Of a stretch of 64,000 nt of DNA, positions 63,136 to 64,000 are shown piece after piece. Source of the stretch: Sphyrna mokarran (taxonomy: Eukaryota); assembly GCA_024679065.1 (NCBI GenBank), contig JAGIQG010000008.1, positions 30,442,001-30,506,000 on the forward strand, written 5' to 3'. Position 1 is the stretch's first letter. The number at the start of each line of letters is the position of its first letter. The notes beneath the pieces were generated by a model. It did not search any database and was not told the origin of the DNA. It worked only from the letters and a program-made list of their open reading frames with translations. A program made the translations under genes and the position numbers.

Positions 63136-64000
63136 AGCAAGAGGGATATAGGAATACATACTTGCCTCCAAACCAGACCACGGGAATATCCATCTGGGTT
63201 TACCTGGCTGTCTGTTTACAATGGCATGGCCTCTGCCCAAGTCCTTTAATTGGCCTTTAAGTAGTCAATTAATGGTCTCAAGTGGCCTTCCTACAATCCT
63301 CCTATCCCAAACCTAATTGGTTTGAATCAGGAAAGTAACTGGGTCTCCACCCCACAGCTGCTTGCCTGATTTCACAGCTTCTCCAACCATCTTGCCAGAG
63401 AGCATTAATTCCACCACATAACTCTTACTCTGACATTATAAACTGATCTGCTGCTCCCATATAGTCCACTGGATTTAAATTCCACTGGCTTTAATGGAAA
63501 GGAGAAGTTGGCAGGATGCATAACAAGTGGGTGATTTGCAACAGCCAGGTTTTTGCCAATGCACAAAATGACCATTCCCTCTGTACAGCTAAAGTGGCCA
63601 TGCTTGGGCTGGCCACTATTTTGAATGACACCAACATTTTAGATTTTGTACTTATCATAGAATTTTGCTTTTGAAACAGATGAATTTATATTCCTACTCT
63701 ACATTTAATTTAGAAAGGTAACTAAATGCATGCACATAATGCGCATGTGTTGATCTGAGAAGCAGCATGTCTAAATATTGAATATGTTGGACCAACAGAA
63801 TAATCCAGATGCAGAACCAAGTTAGTTCAGTAAGCTGATATGCATTCGATTAAATCTATTGCACATGGAATGAAGATCAAGCAGATCTTAGTGTGACACC
63901 CCATTTACACCAACATACCCGACTCCCTCACCAGAATTCTATCGCTCTACCCACCATGGAATCGGAGTGGGCGAGGGACAGACAACGGAAAGGTCTACTG

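Overview
Eukaryotic, CpG-depleted, repeat-rich vertebrate DNA, almost certainly from a cartilaginous fish (shark-type HE1/V-SINEs, CR1 LINEs and Penelope repeats). The window appears to lie inside one minus-strand fatty acyl-CoA reductase gene (FAR family, FAR2-like residues). I can find only two coding exons (39295-39461 and 36400-36579, matching vertebrate FAR exons 3 and 4), so the flanking introns are very long. The rest is transposable elements: about 20 tRNA-headed SINEs, a young 5'-truncated CR1 LINE with an uninterrupted ORF2 (28185-31085), decayed CR1/L2, RTE and Gypsy elements, and non-autonomous TIR elements. Most interesting signals: (1) a 300-bp TSD-flanked, A-tailed retroposon with a U2 snRNA-derived head, a second U2-like motif and an anti-U2 segment (21656-21955); (2) seven Penelope-like insertions, several with minimal hammerhead ribozymes showing covariation between copies; (3) a CR1 LINE whose 3'UTR contains the V-SINE core domain; (4) a candidate poison cassette exon in the FAR intron (53094-53190). 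All calls were made by eye; repeat boundaries are approximate unless TSDs are given.
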